From contig JBEWZL010000011.1 in the NCBI GenBank assembly GCA_045837725.1, positions 310,001 to 374,000 of the forward strand: 64,000 nt of DNA, given 5' to 3'. Origin of the DNA: Vermamoeba vermiformis (Eukaryota). The position numbers were made by a program, and so were the translations under genes. This document shows, one piece after another, positions 26,801-39,952 of this stretch (positions are counted from its first letter, which is position 1; each line of letters begins with the position of its first letter). The notes beneath the pieces are model-generated. The model searched no databases and was not told where the DNA came from. It saw only the letters and a list, made by a program, of their open reading frames with translations.

Positions 26801-28907
26801 TTCCCAAGGAGATTATGCTCGAACCTTGCGACTTGGTGCACCTTTATGACGCGATGGTACAAAGAAGTGATAAGTTGCCTGAATCAGAAAAGAATTTAAT
26901 CCAGTCTATGCATTATCAAAACAACGACGAGTTCAAGAAATCTCGGCAAATCTCGAAACTTCAAGTGATTGCTTGGCAAGAAAAATTAACGCAAATCATC
27001 GTTAAGCTCGCTAAAGAAGGTCATACAGAGTGGCTTGATAAGGTACGAACTTGATTTTTCTCCGAATTTTCTTACTAACTTTTTCTACGAAGGTGTTCGT
27101 TTCGTTAGGCAAAGTTCAATCGTGTAGCAAAGTTATGGACGACATCTTTTCCTTGCTGATGCATCTGAAGCAGCAGAATTTATTGCCTGTTATTGTCTTC
27201 AGCTTCGATAGAATACTTTGCGAAGTATTAGCCAGAATTACTGCGCTAAAATTACGCGCAGAAGAACTCAAATCAAAAAAGCCAGCAACCAAGGAACGCA
27301 AGATAAGATTGATTATTGATCCACGAGTGAAAAGACCTGACGCCGATCTGCTCCGTCTCACAGAGAGGGATATGGACTTCTCTCGCCTTAAAGCCGCGGA
27401 ACATTCTTTCGTGGATCCAGGAGCGTTAACCAACGTTGAAATTGACGAAAGTATGCTGACCGAGGATGAGTACAGAATGATTTCTCTAGGCATTGGAATT
27501 CATCACGCTGGTCGAGGCACAAAGTACAAACAAATGGTCGAGTTCTTATTCCGCAGCAAGGCTATTCAAGTCGTTTTTGCCACTAGCACTTTAGCTCTTG
27601 GTGTCAACATGCCATGCAAGACGGTTGTGTTCGCCAAGGACAGCATGTACTTGAACTCTTTGTCCTACAGACAAATGTCCGGAAGAGCTGGACGACGTGG
27701 CTATGAGAAACGAGGCAGTGTCATCTTCATGGAAGTCAACGAAGGAAAAATTCGACGACTTTTCAATGGCGAGTTACCGATCCTTGAAACGAACTTCCCA
27801 CTTTCAGTAACGCTAGTTCTGCGTGCGTTCCTATTATACAAAGACGACCCGACTCCGATGTCCGCATTGAAGATCAAAAAACTTTTCAGTGAACCACTTT
27901 CTGACAGCTCGAACAACCAAAAGCTCCAAAGTTACTTCAGATTTGCGATGGAATACTTGATGAAAGAGTGCTTATTGACGCCGGACGGAAAAACTATCGG
28001 ATTGGCTGGCATGGCCGCGCACTTGTGGTGGGCAGAACCTGCAAACTTATTGCTCGTGTCATTGATTCAACGATCGGTGCTTCACGACATCTGTCTTGAT
28101 GCCACTCTGACTGACGAACAAAAGAAGAAGCAACTGTTGATCGTATTAAGCACGATCTTTGACCCGCGAGAGATTCATCCTTCCATGATGAAGCATATCG
28201 AAGAAAACACTACGGCGTCCAAAATCGTTCTTGAAACACCACCGCAGAGCGTGATTGACGCAATTGCAGCGCACAACAGAACAATTATCGAGACCTTCCT
28301 CAATACTCGTCGTTCAATTCGACATAATGCATCTTCTGAACAAGTTTTGCCATTGTCAAAGGTACTTTTTTTGTATGTCTTCATTATTTTTGACCTAATT
28401 GTTAGATCAAACCCGCAACTCAATTTCAAGGGCCGAGCACTGCCTTATACATGCACTTGCAATCGACTCGTGTGGCTACTCAACTTCGTGATCCTTTCAG
28501 CGCCTTATCGGGTGCTACTGATGATTTTGGCTCGGTCAAAGTAAGTCAACGGATCAAAATTTTTAATTACTGACAAATTACAGGAAATTTGTGCTTGCGT
28601 ACCAGACATCGATCAAGGAATGCTACCTGTTTTCAAGTACTCTCCAGATATATTGCTAAATCGTTACGTACTTGATTACTACGAGCACGAACAATTGGAT
28701 CTGCTCGAAGAGGCCAACTGGCTAAACGCTGGCGACTCCTACGAACTTACAAATACTTTCCGCATGGTTTTAAGAGCTATTTCTACAATTCTCAACGAGA
28801 TCACAGATGAATCAGATCCGCTCAGAAAATTCATCGATGAACTTGCCTTGGAGTATGGATCGAGATTGCAACCTGAACGCCAGAAGAGATCCTTTTTCTC
28901 AAAATAA
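23804..28907 (+). CDS. DDX60: DDX60-like Ski2-family DExH RNA helicase
   Basis: N-terminal EFFLIEGDSLL/GQFLH, HHWHSNKPL, FNPDAWQ, APTSAGKT, DEVH, SAT, HHAG, ALGVNMPCK and QMSGRAGRRG motifs. Confidence 0.88.
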
Positions 28908-28942
28908 TGTCCTTTACTAGATATTCTAGATTATATAATAAA

Positions 28943-30323
28943 TTAATTGTTCTTCTTTTCAAGAGGCTTGCGCATTACGATCAAATAATCAGGGCTGAAA
29001 ATTCCGAGTTTGCCGGATTCGACGAGTGCGACGGCAGTTTTCATCAACATAGTGCTGGTTGCAACGGTACCTTTAGGAGCAATGCCAACGGCTTCCAAAG
29101 TGCTCACCATACTGAAGAAATAATCAGATCCGATTCGCGGAATTTCGTAGGAAATTTGTAACGTACGCGTGAGTGGCCCAATGACCGAGACGAGTGTGTC
29201 TGAAGCCAGTAAGACTGAACTTGCCTTCCAAGGAGTCGTACCAAGGTGTTTCCATATCTCCAGTCAATGCCATGTCTTCGGTATGCACGATTTCAAATCC
29301 AGCTGAAAAAGGAAATTAAAATTTTATTAATTTTATCAAAGAGAATCGTACCTTGGCTGCTTGCAATACTTCTTCGACTGTTTCGATGTCAGGAAGACCG
29401 TTACCCTTCATAATACCCATCTTGATATCGTTGTGCTTCTTGTTGTTCGGATCGTACTTGTTCGTCATGACCCATTCCAGATCCGCGAAGCAAGCGCCGG
29501 GCTTAAGCACTCTAAAAAGCTCTTTATATACCACAACCTTTTGTGGCGCATGTTCGATTGCTTCGAACGAGAATCCAGCATCGAGACTGTTATCTGCAGC
29601 TGGAATATGATGGAAGTCGCCCTAATGAATGAACGGTGAGTCCATAATAATCATTATTATTAATTATATTTTACTAATCAATCTTACTTGAAGCCATTCA
29701 AGATTAGTCAAGCGGAATTCTTTGGTAATGTCGCGGCAGCGTTGAAGTTGGTACGTGTTGTTATTTAAGCCAATAATCTGCGAATATTTGAGTTATTCTT
29801 AAAGCCGCAAGAAATACTCGAATTATACTTACGGTAGCTTGAGAAAATCGGGCGATGGCTCTAGCGGGACCTCCAATACCGCATCCGACATCCAACACCC
29901 GCATTCCTTTGTCCAACTTCAACTTAAGTGCAATATAGTACTCCAAGCGGCCTAAATAACATATTTTTTTAGTTTATATTCGCAGAAGTTATGAAACGGA
30001 GACCAATTTTGTTCCGTAGTTTTTATGATCCGGATCGTAATTTTGAACTTACTGACGGAAGCTTCGAATGATTCATATCTATGTCTAGGCGCGAAGTGAA
30101 GTGATTGACCCCAACCATATTCATAGAAGTGCGTAACGAGGTCGTAGAAATCGTTTACCATCTTCATATAATTTTCTCTTCGGGCTTCAAGATTACCACC
30201 TTTTTCTTCGATAAATAAGTTGTTGTAGCCATCAATAGTCGCTTTAACTTTATCGACGTCAATTGAGTCTTTTCCCATAAAGGAAGTAATCCTTTTGAAG
30301 TCGCCTTCCATTGCCAACGCCAT
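28943..30323 (-). CDS. SMT1: Sterol 24-C-methyltransferase; one splice junction near 29302 is out of frame as assembled
   Basis: YEYGWGQSLHFAP, LDVGCGIGGP, SFEAIEHAP and RVLKPG motifs. Confidence 0.92.
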
Positions 30324-30569
30324 TTTTTCAAGATCTTGAAAAATAATCTGCGATCAAGGCATAAAATTAGTATTATTGACAAGTATACATTATATTAGTA
30401 AAGATCAAGCCAATGAAAGCTTTCGGGTCATAGATCGGGGAAGGTACAAAATTTTTTTCGTCGATCTGTCTAACTTAAAATCTTGCAACTTACCTCGTAT
30501 GACTAACCTATGCTTTGTTTATATCAATACTGATTAAACAATGACCGAAGATATTTATGTTCTCGTAGG

Positions 30570-30791
30570 GAAGAACTTTTGTTACGAGAGTTGTCGGGCG
30601 GAGACAGAATAATTACGCGTGTGAATTCGGGCCAAGAAATTTTGTCGGGTTTGTTCCCCGAGAGCTGCCGTACTTTTGTATCTCCTGGAGACGAAAAGTC
30701 ACAAAGTGGAATGCCTCATAGTTCCGCAGCGTCAAAAAAATGGAAGAAGATGCTCGTTTTTCCTTATCGCAGCAATAGTATCGTAGCTTAA
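30570..30791 (+). pseudogene. Possible relic of a D5/P4-type SF3 primase-helicase
   Basis: LLRELSGGDRIITR and, 46 aa after GGD, WKKMLVFPYRS resemble the KELTGGD.I.AR and WRR..V.PF.S motifs. No Walker A and no ATG start. Confidence 0.3.
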
Positions 30792-31102
30792 CTTGAACGA
30801 CTTTTCATCCCGAATATCAACCTAGTTGGATCGCGTATGACAAACTTTTTAAACTCTCGCACGAAAAATTGAAGTAAAAAAAGCCTACGATGGCGATTAT
30901 TTGTTATGGAATTCGAAGTTCCCTTATAAAAAACTGACCAATATAATAATGTGATGTTACTTGCGAAAAGCAACCGCGGAATTGCCATATCAAAATCTCG
31001 GACGATTTCTAGCAGAAAACAATAGAGTAGTAAACCAGTTTAAATAGTGCGTTTAAATAAATTAAATTTTACACGCTATTTATATTAAAGAGCACTTACT
31101 TT

Positions 31103-32719
31103 TTAAAAAAAGTTTGGAACGACAGATCCGAGACCTTGCTCGACAGCTTTTTCGAAGACTAATAATCCAGAGGCCATATCTTCAATAGCCAAACCCAACG
31201 ACTTGAATAAAGTAATCTCTTGGTCATTTCTACGCGCTTCAATTCGTTTCCACATCAGATCTGCTAACTCGCCAACAATATGTTCTCGCGTAATTTTGCC
31301 TTCTTTTAATGGCGCCAAATAATCGCCAGGTTCATTTTCTAACGACTCTAATTTATCCGTATATAATCTGCTCTTCACTACGCATTCTGTATCTAATTCT
31401 CGGTACGCTGGTTGCGAAGCACCAACAGCATTTATATGGCAGCCAGGCTTGAGCCAAGCTCCTAATAAAAATAAATAATCAATATACATGCCCCTAGTAA
31501 CCAATATATATATTAAATATTAAATACTGCATGAACTGAAATGGAAGGTTGATCCGGATTTGATCAGGAAATTTGGTTATGAAATCAGTTAAATGGGGTG
31601 CCTTATTAATATTACCCTTCAATATAGGCTCTTTAGCCATAGTACACGTGCAGATAATGTCTGCGTTTTTGACGGCGTCTTTCGCGGATTCGATCGCCAA
31701 AAATTCAACGCCTTTGTACATCTGCTTCATTTCTTCAACTAAAGATTGTGCCTTATTATGTGTTCTATTCCAAATAGTGATCTATATAAGGTAATGGTAG
31801 CGGTTAAGAACTGAATTACGTTGACAAAAACAGGACCAAATCCGGATCTTACTTTGGTAATTCTTCTGACGGCTAACATTGCTTCAATATGAGTTCTAGC
31901 TTCGAGGCCGGCACCCATAATACATAATTCCATATTATCAACGTCTCTATTAGAATTTAAGGTTAGAGATCGAGATAACTTTTCAATCAATCTTGTTCTT
32001 ACCTCGCTAATAATTTTGTAGCTACGGCGCTCGCAGCAGCAGTTCTAATTCCAGTGATTGATCCTACGAGCAAAATAAAATTAATAAAATAAATAAAAAT
32101 CAAAAAATTAAGGTTGTGCTGTACCTGCTTCAATTAGCGCAAATGGAGCGCCGTATTCTGACTCAAAAAGCATAACAGTACCTATTATAATATATTTGAG
32201 TATTTATTAATGTATTAAAATGCTTTATCGTACCATAATGAGAATCTTTGTTCGGGATCGTCATATTTCGAGCGAAAATTCCCAGTGCTTTCATTCCGAA
32301 CACTGCTCGGCCTCTAATATCCAAATAAGCTACGACAGTGATTAATATTAGATGTGAAGTAAATTAAGAAGAGAAGATTGAACAAAAGTTTAGCGACAGA
32401 TCTGATCAAGTCCCGTTCTTGGGACACAAGTTTTCAAAAAAAATCAAATAAATATGCTAATATCGCGATTAGGTCGTATAAAATTATCTAAGCACTAATA
32501 AAATAGCGTACCAGGTTTGCTAACAAATAAAGCAAGATCTTCACCAGGTAGTCTCATGCCAGTTCTCAGAGGTTGAACAGCACGCACCTTTTCTTTGTCT
32601 CCTAATGCGGTAAATGCTTCTTCTAGCACAGCAATGCAATCTTTCATCTTCAATACTTTTTCTACGTCGTGCTTTGAGATCACGGTCAAAGATCCTTCTT
32701 TAATTTGATGTGCTGCCAT
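31103..32719 (-). CDS. Ornithine cyclodeaminase/mu-crystallin family protein
   Basis: ITGIRTAAASAVAT, GAGLEA, ADIICTCT, HINAVGA and FKSLGLAIED motifs. Confidence 0.92.
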
Positions 32720-33247
32720 CTTCTAAGGTACGGTCTGTATTGTGCTATATAGACAAAATAGCTTTTTTAAAATATTTAAAAAAATCTTCAACCCAGCCCT
32801 TTTGCGATTTTTAGACGCACAACAAAGCCTTTTTTTCTGCAACGGTGTATTTCTGTTGAAACAGCATTAGGACGCGAGCCAATAGTGAAGATGCTATGTA
32901 GCAATAATAGCGCTATTAATAACACAAGTACACGCCTTTAAAAGTTTTCCTCCAGGAGATCAGATCGGATTTTTCTGAAATAACCCAGGCAGAATAAAAA
33001 CCCTTGGGGTCAATATGCCTTTCCCAAGCAAGATGAGGCATTTATATGCCTCCCGTCAACCATCAGTCCACTGACGTGACATAAATATAAATAGGTTATT
33101 TCTGGTGCTAAATTTTTTAATCGCAACGAACTTTGATACCACACGAGTTTCCATATTTATTTTATAGAACTTATGTACATATAATTTATAGTCGCCCTTC
33201 ATATTTAGCCCGTGTATTATATATTTTATTGAAAAGTTGTTTTCAAG

Positions 33248-36200
33248 ATGTACAAACTCTCGTCAATATTTATTCTTGGTATAATTATTGCCGTATTATA
33301 TGGACCCTCTAATATTGATTCATGTGGTTGCTCTACGCATAACGAAGTCGCAAGACGAGCTGCTTATTGGTTCGCCAAAACAAGTAAGTTTTTTGGAATT
33401 TAAATCCTTTATTTAAATTTAATATGATAATACTATAATTATAATATGTAGGGCTAGGCCCAATCGTTGCACAATACGTTAATTTTTTGAATTTTTATTG
33501 ACTTTTGGAGTATTTTTCCATCGTGGAGATCTCATTAAGCCACTTTAACTCCCTTGAACCCGTCATAATACTAAACTAATATAATACTCTCAGATCATAC
33601 TTATTACTCCAATTTAATCGCGCGATATCCGTCTGCATTTCAAAATGGCGCCTGTTTTCCAGATTGGGGATTTCCTTTGCCTGGAATGCACGATGCATCG
33701 GAATTTTCGCATTGGGTAAGTATTATTATACTACATGATATGCACCTATAATCCAAAGCTACGTTATTGAAAAATTTCATTTCGATCCGTTTGGATTTGG
33801 CAGATTCGCTTTTCAATGCCCATAGAATTGATCCTAATAATCTTGAATATTATACTTATCATTTAATTAATTTCAGCCACCATTTTTCCGCTACGCTGTC
33901 GAGCATTTCCGCCATAAATACGCCTTACCCTACGATTACAATGCACAACGCTACATTGCATTTTTATTCGGTGCAATTGCGCATTCAGTGGCTGATATTC
34001 CATGGCATGACTTGGAAATTACATATGAAGGATATCAAGGATTTATTCAGTCAATGGCAGATCACGACTTTTTCGGCAACTTTGCTGGAGCTCATTCAGT
34101 CGCTGATAGTAAGTACTATATATACTATAATAGGACCTATAATAATTTTATCAAATTTATTATCGCCGTACTTTGATTGAAAAGATTTTTACCGTGAAAA
34201 ATTTTCGTTGCGGAGCATCAACCTTTTTGACGATTTTTCCAAATATGGTTAACTCGAAAAGATCTCTACTGATATTTTTTGTATCATAGCCGGCGGGGAG
34301 TTCGTAGTGGCATATACCATGAACACCTCGTACTACGCGCATGAATGGTACTTCCCTCTCGAAGACATGGTCGAAGTGTTTCACAAAGCGAATTACACTT
34401 CCGTCTGGGGCAAGGAATTGTTGGAAGGTACGAACAGATATCATGCAGTCTTCAGTTTGACACTTTGACACTTGATTTATCTTTCCGTGGAACCTTGATT
34501 TTGACACTTTGTTATGATTCGTGGAAGCGTCTACTTGACATTTTTGACATTTGACACCTGCTTGATACTTTACGCAACGTATCTTGATCACGTGACTAAA
34601 TTTCCTTTTTAGGCAACACGCTGTTGTTCTCATCAGTCTGGGCCGTGCATTATTTCGGCGCGTCGTTGTACCCGTTCGCAGCTGGTCCTAGTCCGTTCTT
34701 AGCGGAACAAATGAACGAATTCTTTTCAGGCGGCGTTGACGACATGACGTATTGGAGTCAAGATTGTTGGCGCGATCTGATCAAGTGGATTGAGTACGGA
34801 GACTACACGACCAATTGTCTCCTTGAACCGCCTCTCCGTCGCAATCATACGAGCGCTGCGTCGTCGCACACGAGACACAGAAATCAAGTGGTGCAAATGT
34901 ACAAATCTGACTCGCTCTATCGCAAGTTGTTGGACTCGTTCAAGAACCACGTGGAGGTCCGCAAAGAAGGTAAGACCAAATTTTGTTTGTGCCTAGATAT
35001 TTTTTGAATTGACACGTGTCAAACATAATTTTTCACGACACACTGGACCAATCAAATCGAAAGTGACACGTGTCAAGCCATGAAAATTTTAAAGGGGGCT
35101 ATCAATTGACACGTGTCAAACGAAGGACTTGTACTGACGAAGATATTTTTAATCGTAGGCCGCGGAGTAGTTCTGTCGATCAACAAAGACAAGTTCGAAT
35201 TGAACCGCAAAGATTGGTCAAAAACTTTCCAAGAGTTCGTCCGTTCAAAAGTAGGCGGAAAATTCCCGTGGGAACAGCAACAAAAAGTCGCACATTTCGA
35301 GAAAAAACAGTCACGTGATGTCGCTGCAAAGACTTGCGTAACCGTCGATGAATTGATGAGCAAAGAAACTGCCAAAAAATTCCAGCTCAAGGACATGAGA
35401 TATTCCTATTTAGGAAATTCCATTGCCTTCGGTACGTTCTCAACAAATACCCGTTAAAATTTCTGCAAACTCTCTACCGTACATTAATTAACCCCTTGAT
35501 CGGATAACTTGACCAATCTTTGCGAAAATTTTTCTGACTTGATATTTGCAGGTGATTTCAACGGCGATGGCATGCAAGACATGGCCATGGGCAGCTACGG
35601 CTACGGAGTTGGCGAACAAGAACAAGTCGGTGCAGTGTTCATCTGGCCTGGTGGCAGTTTGCCGCCCAATGCTGTCACGATATTGGACGATGCCAGCAAT
35701 GTCACTGACACCTCGTAAGTAAAACCTATGAAAGTGACACTTTGACACTTTACCTGAAAACTTCGGTTATTCACAGTCAAAGTGTCAAAATGTCAAAGTG
35801 TCATCTGCTGCACCGTTCAAACTGATAATTTTTACGTAGCATTCAAACACTTGTCGGGCCAGGCGAATATACCCGATTTGGCTATGCAGTAACGACCGTT
35901 GATTTGAATCGTGATGGACTTGGTAAGCACCTTTAACCATCAATTACTAAATAAGGAAAGAGGTCCTGCCTCGATCATCGAAAAATTTTACTTCTGAACG
36001 GCTAGTACTTTGTATTAATTTCTATTTTTAGATGATTTGGTCGTGTCAGCCCCGACAACAGACGCGCAAAGTCTTCACTACCGCGGCACGTTGTTCGTGT
36101 ACCTCGGTCAAAAATCGGTCTCCAATGGTCTCGTCTTGCCGACCGAGCCGTCCCTCGTCATTGAAGCAAGTCAAAACCAGGGCGGAACGTTCACTAATCT

Positions 36201-37912
36201 CGGCACGAGGCTGTATAGTTGGGATATTGATAACGATGGATTTAAGGACTTGGTAATTGGTGCGCAACATGCGTGCGATGTGACATATATTTGCAACCGA
36301 ACCGGTACGTCATCGAATCTAAACTTTGCAGAAATTTATTGACTTACTAAATATAGTCGGGGAATTGCAACGCGGCATGGTAGCGGTGTTTTTATCTTCC
36401 AAATTTAGTAACAAAGTCCTCGGCAAGTCAGCGATCAACGTGTCTAACGCTGATTGGCTGCAGTACGGCGACAAAGCTTATGATTGGTTTGGATCGCACG
36501 TCAATTTCTTCGTTGACAAGGCTAATGTAAGTACCATAGATATATTTTATCATATGATGCATACTTAACAACTTCACGACTGGTCTTAAAAGATCTGATC
36601 CAGATCCGAAATTTTTTTAACTCAAAAACTCGCCCCTTAATATCTGATATTATAATACTAACCACCTAACTCATTATTAATACTATTTTTAATATCTATC
36701 GATACCTTACAATTAGATATCTTGGATCCGCGTTCTAATTTTTTTCTACTCAGCGACGCACGCTATTGGTCGGCGCACCAGGCACAGATTTATTGACGTC
36801 AAATGTCACCGGAGATTTAGACATCGGAACATTATACGGCTTCGATGTGACAAATATAGCTTCAGGAGTCGTTACGCGCCAGTGGCAGCTGATTGGTGAT
36901 TCTAATTTTAGCAAGCTCGGATCATTTACCGTAATAGGCAATCCGTTCACGAACGACAATCCCGGACAATTATTTTTCATTGCTGTCTCGAGTCCGGATC
37001 GTACCGTCAAAAATCCTCCGTTTGAATGGTACCAAGGTGGTCGTGTTACTATGTTCGATTATGCCTTACTTCGCTACGGTAAGTTTCAATTAGTTATAAG
37101 TATACCAAATAAGGAAAAATCGTCAATAATAACAAAACATTAAATTAAATTCTGAGAAAAAATAATCGGATCAAGATCCGTACTCTAAGCAGCCAGAAAG
37201 GCAAATGGATAATCATAATAATAGTATATAGTATATATAATTGTAGTGATAGTTATTCTAATCTACATTGCCATATTAGGAAACTACAGCATTTCGGATC
37301 TGAGCGCGTCCTCGGTGAATTTCGATGCAATTGGCGACTACTCTCGATTCGGACAGTACTCGCTGTTGCAGGACATTGACAACGACGGCATTGCTGACCT
37401 CGTGTTGGGTGCGCCGGGCTTCACTGTGCCACAGGACTTTGAGTCCAATGGCGAAATGGGCGCTGTTTACGTGTGGAAGGGCGGATCTAATTTCCCACGG
37501 TACGATCACTTAAATTTTAATTACAAAACCTTCATTATTATACTACTCATAATTATTATCGAACAACACTTTCTTTACATTGGTTAAACAACAAGTTAGT
37601 CAAATTTTTTTGTCGGATGCGATCCAAATTCTGTTTTTAAACTAAATTTTACTCCATTACAATTAGACGCTAATAAGTTAATTATACAGACCACCGCAAA
37701 CGTTTGTGGATCCAGTCGAAAGTTCAACTTGGTGTTTGACTATGACCGACGAAGAGCTCTCACGCAGCGCTAAATTTGGCTGGCAGATCCACGTACAAGA
37801 TTTGAACGGTGATGGCAAGAGCGAATTAATTATTGCTGCACCAAGACAAACCGCGAGTGGTTGGCGTGAGATGTCTGGTGCTGTTTACGTTATTACGCAG
37901 CCATTCCCGTAA
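33248..37912 (+). CDS. GPLD1: GPI-specific phospholipase D-like secreted protein
   Basis: Signal peptide, CGCSTHNEVA, GACFPDWG, HSVADIPWH and GGVDDM, followed by FG-GAP repeats (GDFNGDG, DIDNDG, DLNGDG). Confidence 0.9.
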
Positions 37913-38111
37913 ATTTAGAAAATTTTTGTTCGGATGTTAGATCCAACCAATTTTGTTAATTCTCAGTAAACTTAGTTTTTGTACGGCACTTGTAAGTTAT
38001 AATAACTAGATACAATTTTCCCTACACTCAGGATTGCATCCGATGATCGCAAAAAAAATTGCAGTAATGAAAAGGTTGTTTTGCACCTCACAATTTATTA
38101 TGCCTTTTTAA

Positions 38112-39656
38112 TCAATTAGGTACTTTCGGAGGTACTCCGAACAATTTTCTGGTCCAATTTGATAGGGAAATCGCTTTGAAAAACATCAGACAACAAGCCA
38201 ATGCGCCACCGGACACCAAAATCCACTTCATGAAAATTGAAATTTCCCAACTTTGTATGGTCTTTCCGATGATATAAATCCAAAGATTATGAGATAAGTA
38301 CATAGGATAAGCACTTTGTGATAAGAAATCGAACCAAGTTGGATCCAGCTTTGAATTGCAAAAATTCTTCGACCAAAGGCATAATACTAACATTATGAGT
38401 ATTTGCCCTAGTTCAAATCCAATAGCCAATGTAACGTCATTATAGGATCGCATGTCAAAGTTGTACGATGAGATATTTTGTGGCGTGAAAAATGTCAAGA
38501 ACGGTGCAATGAATAGTAACGTGACTGGTAACCATTTTTGGAAATTAAGCTTTGCAATTATTGTTGCCAATTCTGTCTCGAATAATTTGACGAAAAATCC
38601 GAGCAAAACGAAGTGATTGAGCGCCACGACATGAATGCCCCACGTGATTATGCTGAATAAGGAGTTGTTTGGTATTTCCATATTTGGGTAATAACTGACT
38701 ACTATCATTCGAGAAACGATGAACGAAATAACTGCAAAGAATGCTGACCCAGGGAAATTTCGCTTTGGATCTGCTGACTTGAGTGCCAAGAATGGAAGGT
38801 ACATGAATGATCCATAGACTATAATAATATGCCATACTATTGATGTTGGAAATGATAGCTTTGTAATAGCAAAACAGCTGATTAATACGACAATGGTTTG
38901 AACGAAAATGAATTTGAAAGATCCGCTAAGACTGTCGTTGCTTAAAATAGCTTCGCTGTTCATGAACGATGCTTTAACGTTCATTAACCATTGAAAGAAG
39001 CATATATTGAGGCCACTAATGACGAGCAAGTACAGGATCCACCACAAATGATAGATCGCAAAGTACGATCTCCAAAAATCCACGAAAATGTACGATATAA
39101 ATGATCCTTCGTAGTCTCGTGCTAATATATAGCTATTGGGGAGTACCAAAAATAGTTCACTTGCCAAAAAAGGAATAACCAGTTTGTGAAATCGTTCAGT
39201 GAAATAAGTTCGGATCGAGTTCTTGGCTTGAAGTGAGAGGCATATTGAGAAGCCTGATATTAATGAAAATAGAGGCATGTGCCATTGTGTAATTGATATG
39301 CTTAGTTGTTGGGCGAGAGATGAATCAGCCATGTTCAGATCCGTTCCTAAATATTGTCGTTAATTGGTACAAAAATGTTTAAATTTTCAAAAAATATTGA
39401 AATATTATTCCAAGTTATATCTTTTAAATCTTTACACTATAATTGTGGTACTTTACCGCGATTTATTTAAATTAATTTTTGTAAGATCTCGTAAAATGAT
39501 TATTCTGCTGCACAAGAGTACTCGCAATAAATATTTAGTAATTATTCATTAATTATTACCTTTTTCATCGAATAATCTGTTCGCATGATAAATTACAATC
39601 AACCACGAACAACTGATCCTCAGCCAGTCAATCCAATATTCGCGTTTATTATTCAT
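38112..39656 (-). CDS. Acyltransferase-3 (OpgC/MdoC-like) membrane O-acyltransferase
   Basis: Exon 1 REYWIDWLR...YH; HMPLFSLISG, ERFHKLVIP, HLWWILYL and AYPMYLSH motifs; one intron. Confidence 0.85.
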
Positions 39657-39952
39657 TTTAGTGCTATATTCAATAATTAATTATTAATAATTATATACGC
39701 ATTAAATAGTGGAAATAATTGCTTACGTTGGTTCAAAGTTCGAGAACAGCGTTGGAAGAATTCATTTGCTCGATAAAGCAAGATAGTCTTGTTACATACA
39801 ATCTATAACTATAATAAAATGATAATTTATTGTCGCAAAATTTCTATCACGTCCGCAAAAAAAATTCGTTGAGCTAAATTTTGGTTGTCGGATCTCTAAA
39901 TTGTCTACAATCGGCCATAGAGCTGTTAAATAACGACAGGAATATATAGGCC

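Noticed and set aside
33003-33053. Two short hairpins (CTTGGG...CCCAAG and GAGGCAT...ATGCCTC) in the OCD/GPI-PLD intergenic region
   Set aside because: Stems of 6-7 bp with no recognisable snoRNA or snRNA boxes; compatible with chance.
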